Counted from the stretch's first letter, positions 29,203-38,376 are shown. The stretch: DNA of 64,000 nt from Fibrobacteria bacterium (GCA_021155885.1 JAJNBB010000003.1:9528-73527), one strand, 5' to 3'. Program-made: numbers and translations. Notes: generated from the sequence alone by a model not told the origin.

Positions 29203-30636
29203 TTACAGGGTTCGCGAGTAACGAGCGCCTTCCGCGGGAACATTCGTCTGGCGCGGGTCGAACGCGGCCGCGATGCGCCGCGACAAGGGAAAACCCGCCG
29301 GGGTCACGGTCACGAGCCCGTCCTTCTCCTCCGCCAATCCGTCGGCCAGGTAGGGAGCAAGCCGCTCCAGGCTTTCGAATCGGTAACTCTCCACCCAATC
29401 GGGATTCAGGTCCCTTTCCGACAAGAGCGCTCGCAGGTCCGCGCGCCCCTGGCAAAGAAGGGCATTGATGACGTCGCGGGCGGCGAGGTCCTCCGGATGC
29501 ATGCGATAGCCCCCGGAGAAGGGCAGTTCACCCGCGCGCACGCGCACCTGATACGTTTCCAGGTTTTTTTCGTTTTGCAGGTAGCCTTCCTGCAGCTGGG
29601 AAATCGCCGAGGCGCCCAGCGCGTGAACCTGACCCGCGCGCGAGGTGACGTACCCCTGAAAGTTGCGACGCAAGGTTCCGTCGCGCTTCGCGATCGCCAA
29701 TTCATCCGTGGGCCTGGCGTAGTGGTCCATGCCGACGGCCTCGTAGCCTGCGGCCGTGAAGGCCTCGCGGGCCTCCAGGCACATGCGCACCCGGTCCCCG
29801 GGACCGGGCGACGGAAGCGATTCGAGCGCCGTCTGATGCGACTTGATCCAGGGAACGTGCGCGTACGGGAACAGGGAAACGCGATCGGGACCGGCCTCGA
29901 TGATTTCGGCGACCGTCGCCCGAAAGGATTCCGCCGTCTGGAAGGGGAGGCCGCAAATCAAGTCGAGGTTGATCCCGGTGAACCCCAGTTCGCGGGCCGT
30001 GGCCACCAGTTCCCGCGGCGGGAGTTTCGAGGCGCGCCGGTTGACCGCCTCGAGCACGGCGGGGTTCACGTCCTGAATGCCGAAGGAGATTCGGTTGAAG
30101 CCGATGGAGCGGAGCGTTTCCAGCTGGGGGCGCAGGATCAGGGAAGGGTCGCATTCCAGGGCAATCTCCGCGTCGGCTCGAACGGCGAAGGTCGCGCGCA
30201 CCTGCGCGATCAAATCGCGCAGGTGCGAAGAGGGCACGGCGTTGGGCGTGCCCCCGCCGAAATGAATTTGCGAAACCGGGCGGGACCGGTCGAGCTTTTC
30301 CGCCAGCAGTGAAAACTCCCGCGAGAGGGTCGCCATATAGGCCTTGATGAAGTCCCCGGGGCGGTCGATTTCGGTATGGCACCCGCAAAACAGGCAGCGC
30401 CTCGGGCAAAACGGAACATGGAAATACAGCGAGATGTCCCGGCCCCCCGGGACGTCCTTGCGGTTCGAGCTACGGATCAAAGGGTCCGCGATGAGGACCG
30501 GATCCTGGTTGAAAAAATTGGCGGGGGGGTAGGAGGTGTACCGCGGGGCGGCCCCGTCGTAACGCATCAGGAGACGCAGGGCTTCTTCCGGGTATGTCTC
30601 CAAAGCGGCTTTCAAGGAGGATTTTTCGACTTGCAT
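29203..30636 (-). CDS. hemN: oxygen-independent coproporphyrinogen III oxidase (radical SAM)
   Basis: YTSYPP, the radical-SAM site HVPFCPRRCLFCGC, GGGTP and a HemN C-terminal domain. The start is ATG 30636, with GGAGG 4 nt upstream. Confidence 0.9.
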   Translation of the reverse strand: MQVEKSSLKAALETYPEEALRLLMRYDGAAPRYTSYPPANFFNQDPVLIADPLIRSSNRKDVPGGRDISLYFHVPFCPRRCLFCGCHTEIDRPGDFIKAYMATLSREFSLLAEKLDRSRPVSQIHFGGGTPNAVPSSHLRDLIAQVRATFAVRADAEIALECDPSLILRPQLETLRSIGFNRISFGIQDVNPAVLEAVNRRASKLPPRELVATARELGFTGINLDLICGLPFQTAESFRATVAEIIEAGPDRVSLFPYAHVPWIKSHQTALESLPSPGPGDRVRMCLEAREAFTAAGYEAVGMDHYARPTDELAIAKRDGTLRRNFQGYVTSRAGQVHALGASAISQLQEGYLQNEKNLETYQVRVRAGELPFSGGYRMHPEDLAARDVINALLCQGRADLRALLSERDLNPDWVESYRFESLERLAPYLADGLAEEKDGLVTVTPAGFPLSRRIAAAFDPRQTNVPAEGARYSRTL

Positions 30637-30667
30637 AACGCCTCCGTGGCGGCGGAAGCGCCCCACT

Positions 30668-30689
30668 CAATAGATAAATATATCCATTA
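30668..30689. promoter_or_regulatory. candidate operator upstream of hemN (second copy of the 7-8-7 motif)
   Basis: CAATAGA-TAAATATA-TCCATTA lies 31 nt upstream of the hemN ATG. By eye, 17 of 22 positions are identical to 19833-19854. Confidence 0.4.
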
Positions 30690-30748
30690 ATGGGGCGGGG
30701 CGCAACGGGATTTTACGCCATTTTTGGAGAAAACGCGCGTTTGGGGAG

Positions 30749-31501
30749 TCAGACACGGACGAACGCGCGCACGGGGGGCAGATCGGAGGCGCGCAAGGCC
30801 TCGGGGGTGCCGATGAAGATGATTTTCCCCTCGTGCAGCATCGCGATGCGGTCGGCGATCTTGTGGGCCGATGGCATGTCGTGGGTCACCACCAGGCTCG
30901 TGACTCCCAGTTGGCGTTGCATGTCCAGGACGAGGTCGTCGATAACGCCCGCCGTCACGGGATCCAGCCCCGTGGTCGGTTCGTCATACAAGAGGATTTC
31001 CGGTTCGAGCGCCAAGGCGCGGGCCAGGGCGAGCCGTTTTTTCATGCCGCCCGAAAGTTCATTCGGCAGCTTCGAGCTCATGTCCGGCGACAGGTGGACC
31101 AACTGCAGCTTCTCGCGCATCAGCGCGTCCAGTTGCGCTTCCGAGAGCTCGGGCCGGTGTTCCCTGACGGCAAACTTGATGTTCTCGCCGGCATTCATCG
31201 AATCGAACAAGGCGGAACCCTGAAAAAGCATGCCCATGCGGCGGCGAATCGTCTGGGCGTCCACGCCGTCGGGGGAGGAAATCACCTTCCCTTCGACGCG
31301 AACCTCGCCCGCGTCGGGTTTCAGCAAGCCGATGCAGTGCTTGAGAATCACCGACTTTCCGCCGCCCGAGGCCCCGATGATCACCAAGGTTTCTCCACGC
31401 GCGACGTCCAGCGTCACGCCCCGCAAGACTTCCTGCTCTTTCCCGTTCGAAGGGAAGGATTTCCGCAGGTCGCGGAGTTGAATCAGGGGGGAGGCGGACA
31501 A
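30749..31501 (-). CDS. mlaF: ABC transporter ATP-binding protein, MlaF/Ttg2A-like
   Basis: 250 aa with Walker A GASGGGKS, signature LSGGMKKR and Walker B ILLYDEPT. The length and ends are typical of MlaF. Confidence 0.8.
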   Translation of the reverse strand: MSASPLIQLRDLRKSFPSNGKEQEVLRGVTLDVARGETLVIIGASGGGKSVILKHCIGLLKPDAGEVRVEGKVISSPDGVDAQTIRRRMGMLFQGSALFDSMNAGENIKFAVREHRPELSEAQLDALMREKLQLVHLSPDMSSKLPNELSGGMKKRLALARALALEPEILLYDEPTTGLDPVTAGVIDDLVLDMQRQLGVTSLVVTHDMPSAHKIADRIAMLHEGKIIFIGTPEALRASDLPPVRAFVRV

Positions 31502-31564
31502 TTGGGTTCAAGGTTCCAAGGGGTCCCTCGAAAACTAAATAATCCCGCTCCCGAAAGGTTCCCT

Positions 31565-31600
31565 AATAAAAAGGACTCCTTCCCTTCGGAAGGAGTCCTT
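31565..31600 (-). terminator. rho-independent terminator after cytochrome c copy A
   Basis: A perfect 12-bp stem, AAGGACTCCTTC (31571-82) with GAAGGAGTCCTT (31589-600), followed by a T-run on the minus strand. Confidence 0.7.
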
Positions 31601-31621
31601 GAACCCTCAGGCCTTTTCCAA

Positions 31622-32206
31622 CTAGGGAGTCGTCGTAATGACGCCATTCGCCAGCAGGCTGTCCCGAACCTTCTTGACTTCCCACACCGCGACGGTATCC
31701 ACGGCCATGGCGGCGGGAAGGCGCGCCACCTTCGTGCAAACAGGCTCGTCTCCGCTCGTGCAGCTTACCACGGTGCTGTCGTTGAGAACGGAACGCAAAT
31801 AGGTGAGAATCGAGGCGATTTCCTTGTCGGTAAGCACGTCATGCCAGGCCGGCATGCCGCCTCCCAGGTGTATCCGGCCGTTCACGACCAAAGTGTCGAT
31901 ATACCGGGGCTCACTCACGTTTCCACGCAATACCAGGTTGATGACTCTTTGCCGGTTGTTCATGAAAAAATCCGAATTCCCAACGGCGGGCCCCTGGGCG
32001 CCCTCTCCGTTCATCCCATGGCAACCGGAACAGTTGTTGGCGAAAGCCGTCGCTCCCACCGCCCTCAGGGAATCCGCAGGAAGATATAAGGTGGGGTCCA
32101 CCGGCTCGGGCCCTACGGGGTTATCCTTCGAGCACGCCATCAAGGCGAACGCGGAAAGGCAGGCCGCCGACAAAAGCAGGCCGATTTTTTTGCGTGTCAT
32201 TTTCAT
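31622..32206 (-). CDS. monoheme c-type cytochrome lipoprotein (tandem copy A)
   Basis: Lipobox ALMAC, heme site CSGCHG and distal GGGMPAW. The start is set to MKMTRKK by alignment with copy B. Confidence 0.8.
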   Translation of the reverse strand: MKMTRKKIGLLLSAACLSAFALMACSKDNPVGPEPVDPTLYLPADSLRAVGATAFANNCSGCHGMNGEGAQGPAVGNSDFFMNNRQRVINLVLRGNVSEPRYIDTLVVNGRIHLGGGMPAWHDVLTDKEIASILTYLRSVLNDSTVVSCTSGDEPVCTKVARLPAAMAVDTVAVWEVKKVRDSLLANGVITTTP

Positions 32207-32315
32207 TGAATGCCTCTTGGTTTCGCCGCTCTCCACGGCATGGTTTCGGAGGTCCGGAGACTCCTCTAAAAAGTAAATAATCTCGCTCCCAAAAGCTTCC
32301 CAAATAAAAGCCTCC

Positions 32316-32351
32316 CAATAAAAAGGACTCCTTCCGGGGGAAGGAGCCCTT
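32316..32351 (-). terminator. rho-independent terminator after cytochrome c copy B
   Basis: The same hairpin as 31565-31600 with one mismatch. It is part of the duplicated unit. Confidence 0.65.
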
Positions 32352-32372
32352 GAACCCTCAGGCCTTTTCCAA

Positions 32373-32960
32373 CTAGGGAGCCGTAAAGACGCCCTTCGCT
32401 TTCAGGCTGTCCCGAACCGCCATGACCTCCCTGAACGCGACGGTATCCATGGCCATGGCGGCGGGAGTGCGCGCCACCTTGGTGCAAACGGGTTGATCGC
32501 CGCTCGTGCAGCTTACCACGGTGCTGTCATTGAGAACGGACCGCAGGTAGGTGAGAACCGAGGCGATTTCCTTGTTGGTAAGTATGTCATGCCATGCCGG
32601 CATGCCGCCTCCCAGGACCAGGCGGCCATTCACGACCATGGAGTCGATATAGGGAGGGTTGCTCGTGTTTCCGCGCAAAACCAGGTTGATGATGACCTGC
32701 CGATTGTTCATGAAAAAATCCGAATTCGCAACGGCGGGCCCATGGGAGCCTTCTCCGTTAGTTCCATGGCAACCGGAACAGTTGTTGGCGAAAACCGTCG
32801 CTCCCACCGCCCTCAGGGTATCCGCCGAAACATATGTGGAGTCGTTTGTATCAACCGGGGGCGCGGTCGGGCCATCATCCTTCGAGCAGGCCGCCAGGGC
32901 GAACGCTGCCAGACAGGCCGCCGACAAAAGCAGGCTGATTTTTTTGCGTGTCGTTTTCAT
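32373..32960 (-). CDS. monoheme c-type cytochrome lipoprotein (tandem copy B)
   Basis: Lipobox ALAAC, CSGCHG and GGGMPAW. Long stretches are identical to copy A at protein and nucleotide level. Confidence 0.8.
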   Translation of the reverse strand: MKTTRKKISLLLSAACLAAFALAACSKDDGPTAPPVDTNDSTYVSADTLRAVGATVFANNCSGCHGTNGEGSHGPAVANSDFFMNNRQVIINLVLRGNTSNPPYIDSMVVNGRLVLGGGMPAWHDILTNKEIASVLTYLRSVLNDSTVVSCTSGDQPVCTKVARTPAAMAMDTVAFREVMAVRDSLKAKGVFTAP

Positions 32961-33027
32961 TGAAATACCTCTTGGTTTCGCCGCTCTCCACGGCAGGGGT
33001 TAATAGTCCGTTGTCGCGACTTGGCGA

Positions 33028-33480
33028 TTACTCCGCTTTCGCTTTCTTCGGGGCGGCTTTTTCCGCGGCCTTGGCCGCAGCCTGATCCGCCTTGGCGGAA
33101 TTCCCGCTGAAGGTAAGGACATAGGCCAGAACGTTGTCGATCTGAGGCTTTTTGAGGACGCCCTTCCAGCCGGGCATCAAGGCCGAGAAACCGGTATTGG
33201 CCCCGCCTTCGGCGATGACCTTGCGCAAATCCTCCCAGCTGCGCTGGGACATGTATTTCGAGTCGCAAAGATTCCGGGGCTTCGGATTCAAGGCCGCCGC
33301 CGCCGCTCCGTCGCCTTTGCCGGAGGCGCCATGGCACGAGGCGCAGTTGGCCTCATAAACTTTTTTCCCGTCCGCAAGGTCGAACTTCTTGAAACCCGGC
33401 TTGGTCGAGGCAGCCTCCTCGCCGGCGACGACGAGGCCGGTGGCGAGAAGCAGGGAGGAAATCAAGGTTTTTGCGGGCAC
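33028..33480 (-). CDS. soluble class I c-type cytochrome with an Ala/Lys-rich tail
   Basis: Signal peptide, CASCHG, a distal Met in LMPGW, and the C-terminal tail KADQAAAKAAEKAAPKKAKAE. Confidence 0.8.
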   Translation of the reverse strand: MPAKTLISSLLLATGLVVAGEEAASTKPGFKKFDLADGKKVYEANCASCHGASGKGDGAAAAALNPKPRNLCDSKYMSQRSWEDLRKVIAEGGANTGFSALMPGWKGVLKKPQIDNVLAYVLTFSGNSAKADQAAAKAAEKAAPKKAKAE

Positions 33481-33620
33481 GTAAAGATTCCTTGGTTGGA
33501 TAGTTCGGGTGGTCGGAAAGGGCGGGCAAAATACTCAAATACGGCCTTCAGGTTCAACCCTGAAAAAAAACCATGCAGCAAATTAGGAAAATTTACCGGG
33601 AAAGTCCCGTCTCCGCCGGG

Positions 33621-34442
33621 TCAGTAAAGCATAAAAATGATCAGAAAATCGAGTACCAATATCCAAACGCAGGCCGAAACCACCGCCTTCATGGCGGCCT
33701 GCCCGACCCCGCGGGCGCCCGCGCCCGCGCGCAGCCCCTCCTGGAAACCCGTGAAGGCCACGACTCCCCCGAAACAAACGGCCTTGACGAGTCCCACCCA
33801 GACGTCGTAACCGCTGAACAGAAAGCGCGTCCCCTGGACGTAGGCCTGGCTCGTGAGGCCGAAGCTGAATCGGGCCACCAGCCACCCGCCGATCAGCGCG
33901 CACAGGCAGGAGAAAACTACCAACAGGGGCACCGCGATAAATCCCGCCAGCAGGCGAGGCAGGGCGAGGTAACGCAAGGGATCCAGGTCCATCACGGTCA
34001 TTGCGTCGAGCTCTTCCTTCTCCTTGAGCGTGCCGATCTCGGCGGCGATGGCGGCCCCCACGCGCCCCGCGAGCACCAGGGCGGTCAGGACGGGCCCGGA
34101 TTCGATGATGACGAACTTCGCGATGGCCGTGCCGAGATAGGTGTCGGGAATCAGACCGTGGAACTGGTAGCGTGCCTGGACGGCGGTGACGGCTCCGATG
34201 AAAACGGAGATCACCAGCACCAGGGGGATCGAGGCGACGCCCATGCGGGCGATCTGTTCGAGGAGCAGCCCCGGGCCCCGGAAGAGGAAGGGCAGCCGCC
34301 GCAGAATGGCGAGGAACAAAAGGACCGATTCGCCCAGGCGTTCGACCGGCCCGAGCGCGAGCGCGCCCAGCCCGTTCAGAAAACGGGAAAGGGGAGCCCC
34401 CGGGGCCTCCTCGCGCCGCGCATGTTCCTGGGGGGAAGGCAC
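33621..34442 (-). CDS. mlaE: ABC transporter permease, MlaE family
   Basis: 273 aa. GVASIPLVLVISVFIGAVTAVQ...ESGPVLTALVLAGRVGAAIAAEIGTLKEKEELDAM matches MlaE/YrbE. Confidence 0.85.
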   Translation of the reverse strand: MPSPQEHARREEAPGAPLSRFLNGLGALALGPVERLGESVLLFLAILRRLPFLFRGPGLLLEQIARMGVASIPLVLVISVFIGAVTAVQARYQFHGLIPDTYLGTAIAKFVIIESGPVLTALVLAGRVGAAIAAEIGTLKEKEELDAMTVMDLDPLRYLALPRLLAGFIAVPLLVVFSCLCALIGGWLVARFSFGLTSQAYVQGTRFLFSGYDVWVGLVKAVCFGGVVAFTGFQEGLRAGAGARGVGQAAMKAVVSACVWILVLDFLIIFMLY

Positions 34443-34446
34443 GGGC

Positions 34447-35802
34447 TCAGAAGTCGGACTGGCTCATGTCGCGGCCCGAGTAGTTTTCGAAGGAGGCGTA
34501 TTCGGACATGAACGTGAGGGGAACTTCGCCGGTCGGGCCGTTGCGCTGCTTGGCCAGGATTAGCTTGGCCTTGCCCTTCTCGGCTTCCTTGTTGTACATC
34601 TCGTCGCGGTAAATGAACATTACGATGTCGGCGTCCTGCTCGATGGCTCCCGACTCGCGCAGATCCGAAAGCTTCGGCTCGCCCTCGCCGCCCCGGGTTT
34701 CCACCGCGCGGCTGAGCTGGGACAGCGCGATCACCGGAATTTCCAGCTCCTTCGCCAGCGCCTTAAGGCCGCGCGAGATCTGCGAGATTTCCTGCTGACG
34801 GTTCTCGGTCTTGCCCACGCCGTTCATCAGCTGGAGGTAGTCGACCATCACCAGGTCCAGGCCCTGCTGGGCCTTCAGGCGGCGGCACTTGGCGCGCAGC
34901 TCCAGGATGTTCAGCGAGGAATGGTCGTCGATGAAGATCTTGGCCTCGCTGATCGGCCCCACGGCGATCGACAGCTTCGGATAGTCGCGCTGCGAGAGCT
35001 TGCCCGTGCGGAGCAGGTGCATGTTGACCTTGGCCTGCGAGCACAGCACGCGCTGGACCAGCTGCTCGCGGCCCATCTCGAGCGAGAAGAAGGCCACGGT
35101 GCGGCGGTGGTCGATAGCGGCATTGGCGAGCATGGTCAGCGCGATCGCGGTCTTGCCCATGCCGGGACGGCCCGCCAGGATGATCAGGTCGGTTTTCTGG
35201 AACCCCGAGGTCAGCGCGTCGAGGTCCTTGAGGCCGGTCGGCACGCCGATGACCTCGCCCTTCGAGTAGCTCTCGATCAGCTTGAAGGTGTCGCTCAGGA
35301 TGCGCTTGATGGGAAGGAAGCCTTCCTTGATGTTCGAGGCGTTGATGGCGAAGATGTCGCCCTCGGCCTGGTCCATGATGGTGGCAGGCTCCTGCGAGGT
35401 GTCGTACGCCGACTCCAGCATCTTGGTCGCGCTGCCGATCAGGCGGCGCAGCATGGACTTTTCCTTGACTATCTGGCAGTGCTCGGCGATGCTGGCGGAA
35501 GACACCACCTCGGCGGAGATTTCCAGCAGCGCGGGTTCGCCGCCGGCCTTCTCGAAGTTCTTCGCCTTGCGCAGCACCTCGGCCAAGGTGAGGATGTCGG
35601 TGGGGGCGTTTTTCTCGAACAGCGACGCGATGGCCTCGAAGATCACCCGGTGTTTTTCCAGGTAAAAGTCGTCGGCGGTCAGGCTTTCGAGCGCGACGCT
35701 GACGGCTTCCGGATCCAGGAGCATGGCTCCCAGCACGTGCTTTTCCACTTCCACGGCCTGCGGTGGTACGCGCAGGCCCGTCAACCCCGTTTCCAGGCTC
35801 AT
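34447..35802 (-). CDS. dnaB: replicative DNA helicase
   Basis: PPQAVEVEKHVLGAML N-terminus, Walker A GRPGMGKT, and the DYLQLM, SQLSR and RESGAIEQDAD motifs. Confidence 0.95.
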   Translation of the reverse strand: MSLETGLTGLRVPPQAVEVEKHVLGAMLLDPEAVSVALESLTADDFYLEKHRVIFEAIASLFEKNAPTDILTLAEVLRKAKNFEKAGGEPALLEISAEVVSSASIAEHCQIVKEKSMLRRLIGSATKMLESAYDTSQEPATIMDQAEGDIFAINASNIKEGFLPIKRILSDTFKLIESYSKGEVIGVPTGLKDLDALTSGFQKTDLIILAGRPGMGKTAIALTMLANAAIDHRRTVAFFSLEMGREQLVQRVLCSQAKVNMHLLRTGKLSQRDYPKLSIAVGPISEAKIFIDDHSSLNILELRAKCRRLKAQQGLDLVMVDYLQLMNGVGKTENRQQEISQISRGLKALAKELEIPVIALSQLSRAVETRGGEGEPKLSDLRESGAIEQDADIVMFIYRDEMYNKEAEKGKAKLILAKQRNGPTGEVPLTFMSEYASFENYSGRDMSQSDF

Positions 35803-35818
35803 TCTTCAGCTCCGAGAT

Positions 35819-36709
35819 TCAGCTGTTCGCGGCCGGCAGCCGGCCACGCAGCCATTTCAACTGGTTCCACGCGGCGCGGCGGGCGGCCTCGTCGGCGTGC
35901 ATCAAAAGGGACGGGTGCTCGACGGCGACCATTGTCATGTTCCCGTGGTTTTCGGCCGTTTCCATCAGCGCGGCCAGGCTTTTTCCCGTGCGCAGCACGC
36001 TTTGCGCACAACCCTCGCCGAGCAGCAGCACCAGGCCGGCCCCGGCCAGCCGCAGCTCCTGCGACAGGGCGGGAAGCATGCGGGCCACGTCCTTGCGGGC
36101 CCAGGCTTTTCCCGGGGGCGGGGTTTTCATCACCGAGGTCAGGTACAGTTGCTCGCGCGCGAGCCCGATGCCCTTCATCATCTTGTCGAGGAACGCGCCG
36201 GGTTCGCCTCCGAGCACGCGGCCCTCGACGGGATACAATTCCACCAGGGCGAGCGCGGGACGCTCGGGGCCTTCCGCGCGCACCAGGCCCGAGGTGCCGG
36301 GAAACCAGATCGGGCACGAGGCCTCGAGAAAGGCCCAGTAGGCCTCCAGATTCGGGTGGTCGGGAAGGAAGGGGGCGGGGGAGACCGAAGGCTTGGAGGC
36401 CGCCGCCTGCCCGGCGAGGACGGCGGAAACCGGACCCGGGTTTCCTCTTTGGGAGACCGGATCCGGTTTCGCCAGCGACTCCGCGATGGACTGGAAAAAG
36501 TCCGCCCCGGCCCCCGCGCCGAAAGCGGGGGCCGCCGCCTTCGGGCGGAAAGTCTCGGGCTGGGGAACTTCGAACTCCCGTTCCGCGTAGGTTACCGCGC
36601 GCGAGGGGGAAGCGGCCGCGGGCCGGGGCTTGATCCAGGGCGTCGCCAGCACGACTTCCTCGGTGCCGATCTCCGCCTGCCAAGCCAGGTAGGCGTCGCG
36701 TGAATTCAT
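35819..36709 (-). CDS. uracil-DNA glycosylase superfamily protein, divergent (family 4/5-like C-terminal domain)
   Basis: The C-terminal roughly 170 aa is collinear with family-4 UDG (GAFLDKMMKGIGL, YLTSVMK, VEHPSLL). The GEAPG-type catalytic motif is not conserved. The N-terminal roughly 120 aa is Pro/Ala-rich. Confidence 0.5.
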   Translation of the reverse strand: MNSRDAYLAWQAEIGTEEVVLATPWIKPRPAAASPSRAVTYAEREFEVPQPETFRPKAAAPAFGAGAGADFFQSIAESLAKPDPVSQRGNPGPVSAVLAGQAAASKPSVSPAPFLPDHPNLEAYWAFLEASCPIWFPGTSGLVRAEGPERPALALVELYPVEGRVLGGEPGAFLDKMMKGIGLAREQLYLTSVMKTPPPGKAWARKDVARMLPALSQELRLAGAGLVLLLGEGCAQSVLRTGKSLAALMETAENHGNMTMVAVEHPSLLMHADEAARRAAWNQLKWLRGRLPAANS

Positions 36710-37962
36710 GCGGAGCCCCGTCCGCCGCCGAGGAGCGCCGCGACCTGCCGCACCACCTCGGTGGCCAGCTCGCTCTTGCCCTGCGGGCGCAGCGTGCCGC
36801 CGGTCGCTCCCTTCGGGAGCACGACGGCTTCCACCGCCTCCTCGCTGAAACCGAGGCCGGGCTGCGACAGGGGAGTGTTCACCACCATCAGGTCGCAGTT
36901 GCGTGCCTGCATCTTTTCGATCCCGTGGGCGATTGCGTTTTCGGTCTCCAGCGCGAAGCCCGCGAGGATTTGGCCCGGACGCTTGCCGCGCCCGAGCGTC
37001 TCAAGAACGTTCACCGCGGGCTGCAGGTCCAGGGTTTTCTTCTCGCGCGACCCTTTCCACTTGCCGCCGGCTTTGTCGAGGGGGATCACCGGGATGAAGT
37101 CGGCGATGGCGGCGGCCATGATCACGACGTCGGCGGTTTGGGCCGAAGCGGTGAGGACGGCATGGAACTCTTCGCTGGTGCGCACGCGCGTCAGCGCGAG
37201 GCCGTTCGGCGCCCCTCCCTCCAGCGGCCCGGCGCGGCCCAGGACGAGATGGACGTCCGCTCCCGCCAACCGGAAGGCGCGCGCCAAGGCGATCGCGGTT
37301 TTGCCGCTGCTGCGGTTCGACAAAAAGCGAACGCCGTCCAGGGGCTCTTCGGTGTGCCCGCCCGAGATCAGAATGGACTTGCCGGAAAGAAGGGGAGGGG
37401 AGGCCCCAAAATCCTTGAAAGCCAGGATCAGATCGGCATAAGCTGTTATTTCTTCGGGGGTTGTCAGCTTTCCTTCACCCACTTCGCCGCAGGCCAGGTT
37501 CCCGTCCAGCGTCGGCAAAATGTGGGTCCCGCGTCCTTCGAGGCGCGCCTGGTTCTCGCGCACGGGCGCGGCATGGAGCATCACGCTGTTCATCGCCGGG
37601 GCGATCGCCACCGTGCCATTATAGGCCAGCGCGGTGAGGCTGACGGCCGAGCCGGTGAGCCCCGCCGCTAGCTCGGCCATAGTATGCGCGGTGCAGGGCG
37701 CGATGAGGAAGAGGTCGGCCCAGCGCGCCGCTTCGATGTGGGGCATCGACGAGTTCAAGGACGGGCGGTCCCAGGCGTCGATCAAAACGGGATGCCCGCT
37801 GAGGGCCGCCAGCGCGTTGGGATGAATGATATTGGTCGCGCTATGCGTCATGACGACGCGCACGTGGGCGCCTTTTTCCTTGAGGCGCTGCACCAGATCG
37901 CAGGCCTTGTAGGCGGCGATGCTGCCGGTGACGCCGACGAGGATGTGCTTGTCTTGGAGCAT
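36706..37962 (-). CDS. coaBC: bifunctional phosphopantothenoylcysteine decarboxylase / phosphopantothenate-cysteine ligase
   Basis: ILVGVTGSIAAYKACDLVQRL flavoprotein N-terminus and a C-terminal CoaB half (ISGGHTEEPLDGVRFLSNRSSGK). Confidence 0.93.
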   Translation of the reverse strand: MLQDKHILVGVTGSIAAYKACDLVQRLKEKGAHVRVVMTHSATNIIHPNALAALSGHPVLIDAWDRPSLNSSMPHIEAARWADLFLIAPCTAHTMAELAAGLTGSAVSLTALAYNGTVAIAPAMNSVMLHAAPVRENQARLEGRGTHILPTLDGNLACGEVGEGKLTTPEEITAYADLILAFKDFGASPPLLSGKSILISGGHTEEPLDGVRFLSNRSSGKTAIALARAFRLAGADVHLVLGRAGPLEGGAPNGLALTRVRTSEEFHAVLTASAQTADVVIMAAAIADFIPVIPLDKAGGKWKGSREKKTLDLQPAVNVLETLGRGKRPGQILAGFALETENAIAHGIEKMQARNCDLMVVNTPLSQPGLGFSEEAVEAVVLPKGATGGTLRPQGKSELATEVVRQVAALLGGGRGSA

Positions 37963-38148
37963 GGGAGTGTTCTTAAAATAGGTCTTTTAAGATCGTTCGC
38001 GGATGCCCTTAAGTGGCTATTAAATCAGGAATTATGGTTGATAACTTGTGTAAAACCGATACCGGCCCGGAGCCGAAAAAAAGAAAAGCCTCCGTCATGC
38101 GGAGGCTCCTCAGGACATGCCCGCGATAGGGGCAAATGTTATTTGCCC

Positions 38149-38376
38149 CTACTCCGCGGGCGCGGCTTCGGCCGGGGTCTCTTCGACGACGGCCAGGCGG
38201 CGGTTCTTGAACTTGTGGATGGCGATCGTGGTCGGCTTTTCCGACAGCTTGATGAAGCCGAGATTCGCCTGCTCGTTGATGAAGCGGGCTTCCTGGGCGG
38301 CCATGATGACGGTGCGGAAAGGCGAGGTGCCGCGGGCGTAACAGTCTTCGACCGAAAGATGCTGATTCTTGGACAT
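38149..38376 (-). CDS. rpoZ: DNA-directed RNA polymerase subunit omega
   Basis: 75 aa. SVEDCYARGTSPFRTVIMAAQEARFI fits the omega pattern (VEDC..NRF.LV..AA.RAR). AAGGAG lies 5 nt upstream of ATG 38376. The gene is upstream of coaBC. Confidence 0.65.
   Translation of the reverse strand: MSKNQHLSVEDCYARGTSPFRTVIMAAQEARFINEQANLGFIKLSEKPTTIAIHKFKNRRLAVVEETPAEAAPAE

Noticed and set aside
34447-35802. A replication origin near dnaB.
   Set aside because: There is no dnaA gene, no cluster of DnaA-box-like 9-mers and no AT-rich unwinding element nearby. The flanking genes are tightly packed.
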